Origin: Anaerovibrio sp.
GTDB taxonomy: Bacteria > Bacillota > Negativicutes > Selenomonadales > Selenomonadaceae
DNA: 64,000 nucleotides
Assembly (NCBI RefSeq): GCF_024697385.1
Contig: NZ_JAILFV010000095.1
Span: 3,233-67,232, forward strand
Direction of reading: 5' to 3'
In this document: positions 18,093 through 28,443 of the stretch, piece after piece
Layout of the letters: every line of letters starts with the position of its first letter
How positions within the stretch are numbered: the first letter of the stretch is position 1
Translations under genes and position numbers: made by a program
The notes under the pieces: generated by a model
Seen by the model: the letters and a program-made list of their open reading frames with translations, nothing else
Told to the model about the DNA's origin: nothing
Databases searched by the model: none

Positions 18093-18962
18093 TTAGCCCC
18101 TAGGTCTTTCACCATAAAAGATATATTTCGGCTGGAACAGCTCAAAATATTTTGTGTATGGTATGTTTATCTCCATTGTTCCTATAACATATGGTCCAAT
18201 ATCATAATCACTGAAAAAAACAATCATTCCGTCATTATCCAACCCAAAGGCCAAGGTATTATCATCCAGCATTTGTTGAATTTCACCTACCATGGTATTA
18301 TAGTCCAACATTTCTACCCGCTCACCCATTTGCTTTTTCGTCTCAGTAGCAATAATTTCAGCAAGCCCTTCCTTTGTTTTGAATATATCACTCAGTTTTA
18401 ATTCCCTGCCAGACTTGGTATCAAATGAATGAGTTATGTAATAATGTCCCGGATGGGCTCCACCCATATAGATATATTCCATCGCAGCAAAGCTGCAAAC
18501 CGCAGTGTCCACTCTCAGCCCTTGAAAATCATGCTCATAGGCAAAGGGAACCACAGTGTCGTCTGCATATAACCCATTGGCCTTCCCCAGCTCATACTCC
18601 TCTATGAGACCGCTCCGGCAATCATTGACCATATTTTTCAAATCATCCAGGTTTTGACCGGATAATTTTTTTAAGGATTGCTGCAGACGGGGATGGTCAA
18701 CGGCACTGCTGCCATCCAGCTGGACCTCATAGGTAAAGGCATCCATCAAAAGCTTATGGCCTGATTCGTCATAAAGCATCTCATGGTTCTCCCTGGAGCT
18801 ATATGCCAACGGCCTGCTGTAAGGAATTCCCCCAGGAGTGCTGAGGCTGGCATTCCCCTCTTCACAGGCATTGACAATGGGAATGCCGCTGCAATCCCCG
18901 AAATCTGCAAATAAGCCCAAAGCCAATACCGCAGCCCCTGATGCCAACATCTTTTTCCACAT
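18093..18962 (-). CDS. exported DUF3298/DUF4163 (RsiV/PdaC-like) protein
   Basis: Signal peptide, YMGGAHP, FD..SG.ELKLSDIF, F..YDIGPY..G..EI.IPY. Confidence 0.8.
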   Translation of the reverse strand: MWKKMLASGAAVLALGLFADFGDCSGIPIVNACEEGNASLSTPGGIPYSRPLAYSSRENHEMLYDESGHKLLMDAFTYEVQLDGSSAVDHPRLQQSLKKLSGQNLDDLKNMVNDCRSGLIEEYELGKANGLYADDTVVPFAYEHDFQGLRVDTAVCSFAAMEYIYMGGAHPGHYYITHSFDTKSGRELKLSDIFKTKEGLAEIIATETKKQMGERVEMLDYNTMVGEIQQMLDDNTLAFGLDNDGMIVFFSDYDIGPYVIGTMEINIPYTKYFELFQPKYIFYGERPRG

Positions 18963-19172
18963 ATACTTTCTCCTCCCTTATAACACAGTTGTTCAAAATT
19001 TTCTTCCCAGAAGAAAATATTTTCCTTAATTTAGAAAACAGGATATAGGACACATTCTTTTTATCACATATTATACGAAAAAAGATAAATATACCAGCTT
19101 ATTTAAAAAAATAGCACCTTATTCCCGTCATGTCCGCCCTTGGGCCTATTAAAGGGTAAATCCCCCAAAATT

Positions 19173-19209
19173 AAAAGACACATTGAAGCACATGCGTCTT
19201 CAATGTGTC
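19173..19209 (-). terminator. intrinsic terminator after wecB
   Basis: GACACATTGAAG-N9-CTTCAATGTGTC with a U tract on the minus strand. Confidence 0.75.
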
Positions 19210-19239
19210 CTGGAATATTTTAATTACCAATTTGCAGGA

Positions 19240-20403
19240 TTATTTCGCTATAAAACGATCAGGCTTCTCCTTCACGATACCATATTTGTACAAAATGGCC
19301 TGGACAATGCGTCTTGAGGCCTCACCATCACCATAAGGGTTGCAGGCTTCTGCCATGCAGGTATACGCTTTACTGTCGGTCAAAAGTTTTTTTGCTTCGT
19401 CATACACAACTTTTTCGTCAGTGCCAATCAACCGTACAGTACCAGCCTCAACAGCCTCAGGCCTTTCAGTGGTATCACGGAGTACCAGTACAGGCTTGCC
19501 AAGAGCAGGTGCCTCCTCCTGCACCCCACCGGAATCAGTCAGAATCATATACGCACGATGCATAAGATTGGCAAACGGTTCATAGTCCAAGGGATCAACC
19601 AGATAGACCTTGTCCAAGCCGCCTAATTCAGCCTTGACCACTTCCCGTACCTTAGGATTTTTGTGGACCGGGAAAACGATTTCCACATCGTCAAATTCCT
19701 GAGTCAGCTGTCTGAGGGCCTTATATACATTGCGCATAGGTTCACCCAAATTCTCACGCCGATGTGTAGTTACCAAAATGATGCGCTTGTTTCTATAATC
19801 TATGTCCTGAAGCATTTTATTATCAAAAACAAAGTTTTCATTAACTGTCTTATGCAATGCATCTATAACAGTATTGCCTGTTACATAAATATCAGCATCA
19901 TCAACAGCTTCTGCCAGCAGATTTTTCTCTGATGTATCTGTCGGTGCAAAATGAATATCTGCAATAGAACCTGTGAGCTTCCGATTCATTTCTTCAGGAA
20001 ATGGCGAATACTTGTTATGAGTCCTTAATCCAGCTTCAACATGACCTACAGGCGTTTGATGATAATAAGCCGCCAACGCCCCGGCAAAAGTAGTAGTGGT
20101 GTCACCATGTACCAGTACAATGTCAGGCTTTGCCTGGGTAAGAACCTTATCCAGCCCTGTCATAGCTCTGGAAGTAATATCAAACAGGGTTTGTCCGGCC
20201 GACATGATATCCAGATCATAATCCGGCTTAATATTGAATAGCTTCAGCACCTGATCCAGCATATCACGGTGCTGGGCTGTTACAGCAACTATTGGTTCAA
20301 TGGCTTCAGGATACTTCCCCAGCTCCAATACAACCGGTGCCATTTTGATTGCTTCCGGGCGGGTACCAAATACAGTCATTACTTTTATCTTTTTACCCAT
20401 CAT
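19240..20403 (-). CDS. wecB: UDP-N-acetylglucosamine 2-epimerase (non-hydrolysing)
   Basis: FGTRPEAIKMAP, HGDTTT, HVEAGLR, DSGGVQEEAP. Confidence 0.97.
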   Translation of the reverse strand: MMGKKIKVMTVFGTRPEAIKMAPVVLELGKYPEAIEPIVAVTAQHRDMLDQVLKLFNIKPDYDLDIMSAGQTLFDITSRAMTGLDKVLTQAKPDIVLVHGDTTTTFAGALAAYYHQTPVGHVEAGLRTHNKYSPFPEEMNRKLTGSIADIHFAPTDTSEKNLLAEAVDDADIYVTGNTVIDALHKTVNENFVFDNKMLQDIDYRNKRIILVTTHRRENLGEPMRNVYKALRQLTQEFDDVEIVFPVHKNPKVREVVKAELGGLDKVYLVDPLDYEPFANLMHRAYMILTDSGGVQEEAPALGKPVLVLRDTTERPEAVEAGTVRLIGTDEKVVYDEAKKLLTDSKAYTCMAEACNPYGDGEASRRIVQAILYKYGIVKEKPDRFIAK

Positions 20404-20439
20404 TATCCCCTTCTACACTTGATACAGAAATGTACATGC

Positions 20440-21477
20440 TTACGGATTTTTCATCCTGAGAATTCCCAGCTTCTTTGCTCCCAGGAACACAGCCAAAATC
20501 ACACATACAACGATTGCAATTGCGACTCCACCGGATACCTCATTAAGCAATACCGCACTCAGGCCAAGCAAGGCACTGATTATGTACATCAACAAAACGG
20601 CCTGCCGCTGATTAAAGCCTAAATCAAGCAATCTGTGATGCAAATGACCTTTATCAGGCTTAAATATAGGCACGCCACCACGATAACGACGAATAATTGC
20701 AAAGGAGGTATCCATAATCGGAACGCCCAATGCCAATATTGGAACGATCAACGCTATGGTTGCCGCACTTTTTACTGCACCAATTACCGATATTCCGGCC
20801 AACATGAACCCCAGGAACATACTTCCGGTATCACCCATAAAAATCCTGGCAGGATTAAAGTTATAACGCAAGAAACCTATGGCAGCTCCAGCCAAAGCAG
20901 CAGTCAACAGTGTTACCAGTGCAAAATCATTCTGCAATGCCACCAGCAGGATTGTCAATGAAGCAATTGTTGAAACCCCTGCTGCTAAACCATCAAGGCC
21001 ATCAATAAGATTGACGGTATTCGTCAGTCCTACAATCCAGAAAATAGTAGCCGGTACGGCAAAATATTCCAAATAGAAATAATCACCGAAAGGGTCTGCA
21101 ATAAAGTCTATCTGGGCACCAAAGGCCACCAATATGCAGGCCGCAACAATCTGTCCCAGCAGCTTCACCTTAGCCGGCAAATTCTTGTAATCATCTATAA
21201 TGCCCAACAGGACAATAAATGTACCCCCTGCCAGCAGGCCCCATACATCCATGCGAATATCCTCAGGCAAGGCCCCAAAATCCAATGTAGCCATCACCCC
21301 GGCAACAAACGCAATATATATTCCTATCCCACCAATCCGAGGGATTGGTTTTTGATGAACCTTTCTGGCATCCGGTGCATCCAAAGCACCTGTTTTGTCT
21401 GCAAAGATTATAACAAATGGTGTAACAATAAAGGATATCACCAATGCGACTAATAATGCCCATATAAAATCTGGCAT
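20440..21477 (-). CDS. wecA: undecaprenyl-phosphate GlcNAc-1-phosphate transferase (WecA/TagO)
   Basis: RKVH..PIPRIGG, DD, NLIDGLDGLA, FMGDTGS, HLHH; start at MPDF. Confidence 0.92.
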   Translation of the reverse strand: MPDFIWALLVALVISFIVTPFVIIFADKTGALDAPDARKVHQKPIPRIGGIGIYIAFVAGVMATLDFGALPEDIRMDVWGLLAGGTFIVLLGIIDDYKNLPAKVKLLGQIVAACILVAFGAQIDFIADPFGDYFYLEYFAVPATIFWIVGLTNTVNLIDGLDGLAAGVSTIASLTILLVALQNDFALVTLLTAALAGAAIGFLRYNFNPARIFMGDTGSMFLGFMLAGISVIGAVKSAATIALIVPILALGVPIMDTSFAIIRRYRGGVPIFKPDKGHLHHRLLDLGFNQRQAVLLMYIISALLGLSAVLLNEVSGGVAIAIVVCVILAVFLGAKKLGILRMKNP

Positions 21478-21508
21478 ATAATGCACCTTCTTTCTCAAGA
21501 CCATACCG

Positions 21509-21537
21509 ATTTTACATCACTGTGCCCCCGTTGTCAA
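21509..21537 (-). promoter_or_regulatory. sigma70 promoter for wecA-wecB
   Basis: TTGACA-N17-TAAAAT on the minus strand. Confidence 0.75.
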
Positions 21538-21620
21538 TATTACCCAATTTTCTGTAGCTGTGCAGTACCCACAACAGGCGGATTCACATGCCATCAACCA
21601 GTATGCTGTTCCTGAGAGAA

Positions 21621-22079
21621 TTATTTTATGTCCTTTGGAGCTACCTCGGTTACTGAGCCATCAGGTTCAAGATAGATAACCTTGTCCAGCATTGCATTTC
21701 TCAGCATCCTGCGACATAACAGGCAGGGTTTTCCTGATGCCAGTGTGCCATCAGCATTATAGCCCACAATATATGCCGTAGCACCCTTCATTTTTTCCGG
21801 ATCACCATTGATAATGGCATTTTGCTCCGCATGAACAGCTACACACAGCTCGTAATTCTGGCCTGGCTTTATACCCAACCGCTGACGCTCGCATACTCCG
21901 GTATCAATACAGTTAGCCTCACCCCGTGGAGCTCCATTATAGCCGGTACTGATAATTATCTTATCCTTGACTATAATTGCCCCGTATCTACGCCGTAAAC
22001 AAGTTGATCTTCTGCCTACAGCCTTGGCAATATCAAGAAAATAGTCATTCCATTCTGGTCTATCCTGTTTGTCAGCCAT
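21621..22079 (-). CDS. dCMP deaminase (ComEB-like)
   Basis: RSTCLRR, TGYNG, HAEQNA, PCLLC. Confidence 0.9.
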   Translation of the reverse strand: MADKQDRPEWNDYFLDIAKAVGRRSTCLRRRYGAIIVKDKIIISTGYNGAPRGEANCIDTGVCERQRLGIKPGQNYELCVAVHAEQNAIINGDPEKMKGATAYIVGYNADGTLASGKPCLLCRRMLRNAMLDKVIYLEPDGSVTEVAPKDIK

Positions 22080-22495
22080 TACAGTCTCTCCTTTATTTCC
22101 GCAAAATATCGTTTCGCCAATATCACTGCCACAAAATCATCCACGGGCTCCGGAGGAACCTGCATACTGGTAGGCAATAATTTTCTCCACCCCCTTGGAG
22201 GCTTTGCCTTCCAGTATTCCTTTCTTGCCAGCTGGGTAGTATAATACTCATCCCTAACCGCAAGCTGTATATCCGGGAACTCACTCTGCAGCCGCCTGGA
22301 GGCTTCCTTGCTGGTAGTACCATTACCTATGATAATCATGCTGAAATTATACTCATCGTACAGCCTATGGACTTCCTCCAGCAATCTGCCCGTATCAACC
22401 ACCTGCTGGCAACATACCTTGTCAGCAGCCGACAATATGGCCACACCACACTTATCACGCCCCGGGTCAATTCCCAAAATACAAGTATCAGACAT
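22079..22495 (-). CDS. YqgF/RuvX-like RNase H-fold nuclease
   Basis: ILGIDPGRDKCG, GNGTTS, DEYYTT, PVDDFVA. Confidence 0.82.
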   Translation of the reverse strand: MSDTCILGIDPGRDKCGVAILSAADKVCCQQVVDTGRLLEEVHRLYDEYNFSMIIIGNGTTSKEASRRLQSEFPDIQLAVRDEYYTTQLARKEYWKAKPPRGWRKLLPTSMQVPPEPVDDFVAVILAKRYFAEIKERL

Positions 22496-22591
22496 CCTTT
22501 ACCCCAATATATCTACACATTCGTTAATACCACTATTGAAATTTACACAGAAAGTTTTTCCCCTGATATATCCTGGTACTCCGGTATCACA

Positions 22592-23815
22592 TCAAAAAAC
22601 CTGTCCCGTACCAATTATTTTCAGCTTTAATCTCAAAGGCCCAAAAACCTCACAGGTTCCCTTGGAATAGGCATATATCATGCCCTTACCGTTATAAACA
22701 TGCAGTGTATCTATGGCCTTATAAATCTCTTCGCCTTCTATTACACCAACATTGCCTGAAATAGGATCAGGTAGCATTCCCTTGCGGGTAGCAATCCCAT
22801 TTACCCGTTTAAGGAAGGAGGTAATAGCCATATCCACAGCTTCCTCATCGTTGATATCTACATCAATACTGGTACTAGTAATCAGCTCATCCGCATCGAA
22901 TACCTTTTTATTCCGGTAGAGCTGAAGAACTGTACGGACGTTTTCACCACGAATCAGATTACCAACAGATACGATACGCACAATCATATCATCCTTGCTT
23001 GCAGATATGACCTTTGATGCCTGGAGATAATCCGGCTCCAGTATCCAAATCTGCTTTTCAGCCTCACTCGCCTGGTCTCCCAATCGTCTGGATATATTGT
23101 TTCTGGCGATTTCCGTTAACACCTGGAGATCACTGTATATTTCATGCTCGTCCCTGCCAGCCTTGATTACACCACTGGACAGGACTTCCCCTGCCCGGAA
23201 GGTTATATCGCCTTCACGCATGATCTGTATACCTGTAGTCAGGCTTTCATTGCGTGATTCCAGCTGTTCATTGGTCTCCACCAGTTTGCGGTTGCTTTCC
23301 TCAAGCTTCCGGTTCCCATCCTCCAGCTTTTTATTGCTATCAGCAAGAACGGTGTTTTTTTCTGTCAGTTCCTTTTTAGCTGCCTCCAGCAGGCTATTAC
23401 CATTTTGCAATTCCCTGGTTCTTTCCTCCAGCTCATCACGCTGAGCATGGAGGTTGGCCACGGCCGCCTTTGCCTTCTGCAGCTCTTCATCAGTATATTT
23501 CTGCTCAGCCTTTGCCCTTTCCAGCTCCTTGGCAGCTGTTCCCAAACGCTGTTCAGCCTCCACCATGGATTGCTGCAGCTTATCCATGCCAAACAGGGCA
23601 GTACGGACATTGTCGGATACAGTGGTCATCACTGCCAATGTCATCGTGGTAATACTTATACCGGTTAATATTGTAACCAAAATAGATGTATATTTAGGCC
23701 TCATGCCGAATACAGTCAATTTTTTCTTGCCGACCTTTGATCCCAGTCTGTCACCAATAAAGGCAATGGCCCCACCTGTAACTACCAGAACCATGATCAA
23801 AAACACACCATACAT
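22592..23815 (-). CDS. DUF3084-like membrane-anchored coiled-coil protein
   Basis: GGAIAFIGDRLGSKVGKKKL..FGMRPKYT, two TM segments, heptad coiled coil. Confidence 0.8.
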   Translation of the reverse strand: MYGVFLIMVLVVTGGAIAFIGDRLGSKVGKKKLTVFGMRPKYTSILVTILTGISITTMTLAVMTTVSDNVRTALFGMDKLQQSMVEAEQRLGTAAKELERAKAEQKYTDEELQKAKAAVANLHAQRDELEERTRELQNGNSLLEAAKKELTEKNTVLADSNKKLEDGNRKLEESNRKLVETNEQLESRNESLTTGIQIMREGDITFRAGEVLSSGVIKAGRDEHEIYSDLQVLTEIARNNISRRLGDQASEAEKQIWILEPDYLQASKVISASKDDMIVRIVSVGNLIRGENVRTVLQLYRNKKVFDADELITSTSIDVDINDEEAVDMAITSFLKRVNGIATRKGMLPDPISGNVGVIEGEEIYKAIDTLHVYNGKGMIYAYSKGTCEVFGPLRLKLKIIGTGQVF

Positions 23816-23846
23816 GCAGAGTCACCTCCTACATAAAAACAGATGA

Positions 23847-24938
23847 TCACCTTGATGCCCTGTGCATCAGCCAGCCACCGGCAAACAGCCCGATAATATT
23901 AGGCAGCCACACAGCCAGCATAGGATCAACTGCTCCACTCTGTGCTATGGCTCCTGCCATAGTCATCAAACTATAATAGATAAATATAATTATGATACTG
24001 ATGACAAATCCCCTTGAAGAGCTGTTTCTGTTCGGCTGCATCCCCAATGGAATAGCCACCAGTGTAAATATCAGACTGGCCATTGGAATGGTAATTCTTT
24101 GATACAATTCAGTTTCCAGCTTCTTCGTATTGACATACTGAGCCTTCATGATATCAATCTGTGCCTTAAGCTCCTTCATGGATAACTCCTCAGGCTTCTT
24201 CTGCTCCCTGATGATTTCACGGGGGCTTTCATTAATAGGTAATATCTGACTGGAAAAATGCATCGTATGATTTGTCTCACCCTTCGATACATCATAAATA
24301 ATCCCGGAATACATAGTCCACTGATTATCATGCCATTCAGCATATTCTGCATTTTCAACATGACTCAGGCTGCCATTTTCAAAGGCCTGCATGGAAATAC
24401 CATACATGGTATTTGTCTCAGCCTCGTACTGTCTGGCATACACCAGTCTCTGAATCGTGCCATCCTTAATTTCCTTGATAATGATATGTTCCTGGGATTG
24501 AGGTGCCAGATTGCCCTTGATTTCATAATTCAATACATTGCTGTAAGCCTCATTGGACCACGGTACCACATATTCATTAAAGGCAATGGCAAACACACTG
24601 ACCAGGGCGCCCAGAATAACAGCCGGCATTGAAATGCGGTAAAAGCTGATACCACATGATTTAATAGCTGTAATTTCACTATTACCGGACATACGGCCAA
24701 TGGTCAGCAGGCTTGCCAACAGCATGGACATAGGAAATGTCCATATGATAACCCCTGGCAGGCTAAGAACAAAAATCTTGGCCACGGAAGCAAGGGATGC
24801 CCCATATTCCGTTATGTACTGGGCAATACGAAACAGAGTACCAGACCCAATAAATACAGCAGAAAACGCACATATGCCAAATATAAAGGTCTTGAATACT
24901 TCTATAAAAATATACCTGTCTAAAATTCGAATCCGCAT
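23847..24938 (-). CDS. LPS export permease LptF/LptG family
   Basis: ILDRYI, SEITAIKSCGIS, periplasmic beta-jellyroll, WLPN. Confidence 0.93.
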   Translation of the reverse strand: MRIRILDRYIFIEVFKTFIFGICAFSAVFIGSGTLFRIAQYITEYGASLASVAKIFVLSLPGVIIWTFPMSMLLASLLTIGRMSGNSEITAIKSCGISFYRISMPAVILGALVSVFAIAFNEYVVPWSNEAYSNVLNYEIKGNLAPQSQEHIIIKEIKDGTIQRLVYARQYEAETNTMYGISMQAFENGSLSHVENAEYAEWHDNQWTMYSGIIYDVSKGETNHTMHFSSQILPINESPREIIREQKKPEELSMKELKAQIDIMKAQYVNTKKLETELYQRITIPMASLIFTLVAIPLGMQPNRNSSSRGFVISIIIIFIYYSLMTMAGAIAQSGAVDPMLAVWLPNIIGLFAGGWLMHRASR

Positions 24939-24949
24939 GCGCTTTACCC

Positions 24950-25669
24950 CTATAATTTAAAGTCCTTGCCAAGATAAAATTTCTTGGCCAATTCACTGTT
25001 CGCTATTGTTTGGCTGTCACCTTCAAGAAGGATTTTACCATTATTCAGAATATAGGCCCTGTCAACGATGTGCAAGGTCTCCCTTACATTATGATCTGTG
25101 ATCAGAATACCCATTCCCCGTTCCTGCAGGTACTTGATTATCCCCTGAATATCAGCTACAGCCAAAGGATCAACACCGGCAAAAGGCTCATCAAGCAATA
25201 TAAACTGTGGCTCTAAGGCCAGGCACCGTGCTATTTCCACTCTACGGCGCTCACCTCCGGACAATTCCGTCCCCAACCGATCTATCACATGGGATACATG
25301 GAACTCCTCCAAAAGCTGATTCATCCTTTTTTTGCGGGCTTCAGGATCCTTTATGTGGGCTTCAAGTATAGCCATAATATTTTCTTCCACCGTCAGATTT
25401 CGAAAAATGGAGGCTTCCTGTGCCAAATAGCTTATTCCCAATTGAGCCCGCTGATACATAGGCAAATTACCGATTGGAATCTCTGACAAAAAGACCTCAC
25501 CGGAAGTAGGTTTTTCCAGCCCTACAATCATATAAAATGTCGTAGTCTTACCGGCACCATTTGGTCCCAACAAGCCAACGATCTCTCCCTTGTATACCTT
25601 AAGGGTTACATTATCCACGACATTTCTTTTTTTATATGTTTTTACTAAATTTCTGGCCTCAATGTGCAC
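24950..25669 (-). CDS. lptB: LPS export ABC ATPase
   Basis: [47 protein letters not shown]. Confidence 0.97.
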   Translation of the reverse strand: MHIEARNLVKTYKKRNVVDNVTLKVYKGEIVGLLGPNGAGKTTTFYMIVGLEKPTSGEVFLSEIPIGNLPMYQRAQLGISYLAQEASIFRNLTVEENIMAILEAHIKDPEARKKRMNQLLEEFHVSHVIDRLGTELSGGERRRVEIARCLALEPQFILLDEPFAGVDPLAVADIQGIIKYLQERGMGILITDHNVRETLHIVDRAYILNNGKILLEGDSQTIANSELAKKFYLGKDFKL

Positions 25670-25703
25670 TGATCAGCCCTCCAAAATCATTTTGCAATCC
25701 CTG

Positions 25704-26396
25704 TTATTGAACCTTTGCCTTACCATTATCAGCCAGGAATACAGTGAGTTTTTTACTCTTTAATGTATTGTTATCCTGAATAGCCCAGGCATTACCGGTA
25801 AGTACAGCCTTTCCCGTACCGTCACCATAATAATCCACCTTGTCACCACCGGCTTCCATATTGTTAGGTGGACTTACCATATGGGCATTTCCTGTACCAA
25901 TAATGTGATTGGACTGCAGATATCCCTCCATGCGGTCAGCTGTAAAGGTTCCCTCCGGAGCAGTTATGCTTCCCCCGGAAGGGATCAGCACATACTGGTT
26001 TGTATCAAAATATTCCACCCTTGGTCCGGCAAAATGCTTGTCCGCTTTTGTTCCCCGCACTGAGCCAACAGCTATCATATGCTCACCGCCATCAGTAGAC
26101 ACCATTTCTGCAGACATTCTCATATCATCCTTAACAGCTACAACATTTCCTGTTACCTTGCCGTCTTTTGTTTTTGTATTAAATTCCGCATAATTTCCGG
26201 TCACAGTGGAGTTGCCCTTCACCATGACCACATTACCGGTCGCGGTAGACATGCCGGTTTCCATATTGTATTCTACAACCTCTGCATCCAGAGACGCCTT
26301 TTCCGAGCTGTTCTCAGCCGCAAAAAGGGTACCTGATACTGTCAGTAAAGCTGCACAGGCCATAACACTTATTTTTTTCCCAGACTTCATATCCAT
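25704..26396 (-). CDS. lptA: LptA/OstA-like periplasmic protein
   Basis: Signal peptide, repeated A.GNV beta-jellyroll strands; lies between lptC and lptB. Confidence 0.8.
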   Translation of the reverse strand: MDMKSGKKISVMACAALLTVSGTLFAAENSSEKASLDAEVVEYNMETGMSTATGNVVMVKGNSTVTGNYAEFNTKTKDGKVTGNVVAVKDDMRMSAEMVSTDGGEHMIAVGSVRGTKADKHFAGPRVEYFDTNQYVLIPSGGSITAPEGTFTADRMEGYLQSNHIIGTGNAHMVSPPNNMEAGGDKVDYYGDGTGKAVLTGNAWAIQDNNTLKSKKLTVFLADNGKAKVQ

Positions 26397-26398
26397 AG

Positions 26399-26947
26399 CT
26401 AGTTCCCTTTCTCCAAGTGAGCATTTCCACTTATCTTAAAATTCCTGAATCCATTAGCACTTTCTATTCTGTCACCTGAGGCCTTTACTGCCTCCTTTTC
26501 ATATTCAATGCTGGCATCGCCCTTCATGGCCAGCAATTCTTTCTCAGCCAACCATTCTATCTCAGTACAGGAAAATCTGCCACCATCGCTGCTCTCGCCT
26601 GATACGCCGTTTAAGACCTCCAGATGATGTGTCTTATCATTGAATATTGCCTTAGGAGCTGTCAGGTTTACCGTGCGTCCATCCTCAAAATTAAACACAG
26701 CCTTAACATCAGTCAATGAGGCATCCTTGGTATCAATATCCATCTCAATATTAGCAGCAGTAATGGACCATAAAATCCGGCCATCCTTTTCCTCCTGAAT
26801 GGTATTCCCCTCAAAACTTACAACTCTTTTTTCCAGAGGAACACGATTAATATCAGGTCCATCAGGTATATTGTTGACTGCCCAGGCAATCAGCACAGCC
26901 AGCAATATGGAAAAAACAGCTATTATCGCCTTGCCCTTTTTACTCAT
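26399..26947 (-). CDS. lptC: LPS export protein LptC
   Basis: Single N-terminal TM, DG..LW.I.A, beta-rich body; synteny. Confidence 0.82.
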   Translation of the reverse strand: MSKKGKAIIAVFSILLAVLIAWAVNNIPDGPDINRVPLEKRVVSFEGNTIQEEKDGRILWSITAANIEMDIDTKDASLTDVKAVFNFEDGRTVNLTAPKAIFNDKTHHLEVLNGVSGESSDGGRFSCTEIEWLAEKELLAMKGDASIEYEKEAVKASGDRIESANGFRNFKISGNAHLEKGN

Positions 26948-27854
26948 TATCCTGTACCTCTGCCTTCACTGTATGATGCTTGTGAACCTGCTGCTCAGGC
27001 GGCGTATTCCACCTTTTCTGAAACCATAACCACTGTGTGGGATTATCTATAATAACCTTTTCAAGTATTTTTGTCATCTTGTATGTCAAATCAAACAAAT
27101 CTTTATCTGCATCCCCTGTATCTTCATAGCGTAATACTTCACCAACCAGAACCTTGTGATGGCCATCAGGCTGACGAAGAATAAATGCCGGAATGATTGG
27201 GGAATTAAACTTTCTGGCAAATACAGCAGCCCCCATGGGCGTGGATGCAGTCTTACCGAGAAAGTCGATAAATGCACCGCCAGGACCCGCATCCTGATCC
27301 GCCAAAAATCCTAAAATCCTACCTTTTTTCAATGCCTTGGCCGCCGAAAGAAGCTCACTGGTCCCACGGGAAAAAATCTCGACATTGATAGTTGCCCGAA
27401 GGTCATTCAACGCATTGGTATAATCCATATTTGGCTGTTGCTTTGCTATGGCACTGACAGGCAAATCATTCATGGTAAAGGCTGCAGAGAGCCATTCCCA
27501 GTTTCCAACATGTCCGGTCAGTACCACTACCCCATGCTTTTCCTTCAGGGCATTCTGCATTCTCTCCAAATGCTCTATCTGAATATGTTTATGAAAATTC
27601 TTCTTGTTCAGGGCAGGCATATACAAAACTTCCATGAAGTTTTTCCCCATATTTATAAAGGATTCCCTAATGAGCCTTTCAGCCTCAGGCCTTTCAATCT
27701 TCAAGGACTCCATCATCTGCTTGATAGCCAGATTCCTCTGCTTTTTTATGAATCTGTAATATAAAATTCCCAAGCCCTTACCTGCTTTCATCAGGAAGCT
27801 GTACGGCATCCTGCAGGTAATCCAGCTCATAAGCATAAGAAGTTTGTATACCAT
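26940..27854 (-). CDS. lipid A late acyltransferase (LpxL/HtrB family)
   Basis: HVGNWE, LADQD, PTQWLWFQKRW; start at MVYK. Confidence 0.92.
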   Translation of the reverse strand: MVYKLLMLMSWITCRMPYSFLMKAGKGLGILYYRFIKKQRNLAIKQMMESLKIERPEAERLIRESFINMGKNFMEVLYMPALNKKNFHKHIQIEHLERMQNALKEKHGVVVLTGHVGNWEWLSAAFTMNDLPVSAIAKQQPNMDYTNALNDLRATINVEIFSRGTSELLSAAKALKKGRILGFLADQDAGPGGAFIDFLGKTASTPMGAAVFARKFNSPIIPAFILRQPDGHHKVLVGEVLRYEDTGDADKDLFDLTYKMTKILEKVIIDNPTQWLWFQKRWNTPPEQQVHKHHTVKAEVQDNE

Positions 27855-27881
27855 AAAAAATCCCTCACCAAAAGAATACAC

Positions 27882-28442
27882 TTATTGCCCAATGTTATCA
27901 ACAGGGTGGCTGGCCATAAAGCTCTCTACCAAAGCTTTCCATTTGCCCTGTTTTTTCAATATATACTCAATAATCTCCCTTACTGCTCCGGTGCCCCCAT
28001 GACTTTCAGCCACCAGCATTGCATATTTCTTGATTTCCGGTATGGCATCACCAACACCACAACCCAGCCCTGCTGTTATGATGAGCGGCAGGTCGTTCAG
28101 GTCATCCCCCACATAGGCAATTTCCTCATCCTTCAAATCATATTTCTGCTTAAGTTCACCATAGGCTTTTCTCTTATCAGCACAGCCTTGGGACACAGAG
28201 GAAATTTTCAGCTCGGCTGCCCGCCTTGCCACTATCTGGGATTCTCTGCCTGTAATGATGGCGCTTTGCAGTCCGGCCTTATGGAGCAGGGTGATTCCCA
28301 TACCATCCCTGGCCGAAAAGGATTTGGCGATTTCACCTGAAGGCCCCATATAAATCTGCCCGTCAGTAAGAACGCCATCCACATCAAAAATGACCATTTT
28401 GATTTTTTTTGCAGCCTGTTCTGCTCCTGCACTAATAACCAT
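27882..28442 (-). CDS. kdsC: KDO 8-phosphate phosphatase
   Basis: DVDGVLTDG, ITGR, GDDLND, GAVRE. Confidence 0.94.
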   Translation of the reverse strand: MVISAGAEQAAKKIKMVIFDVDGVLTDGQIYMGPSGEIAKSFSARDGMGITLLHKAGLQSAIITGRESQIVARRAAELKISSVSQGCADKRKAYGELKQKYDLKDEEIAYVGDDLNDLPLIITAGLGCGVGDAIPEIKKYAMLVAESHGGTGAVREIIEYILKKQGKWKALVESFMASHPVDNIGQ

Positions 28443-28443
28443 A

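Noticed and set aside
17857-18096. 79-aa plus-strand ORF (also 3336-3542 and 59775-60128)
   Set aside because: AT-rich promoter/terminator regions with no RBS or protein-like composition.
21621-22079. Deaminase as an anti-phage dCTP deaminase
   Set aside because: Only 152 aa, no kinase-like domain, housekeeping context.
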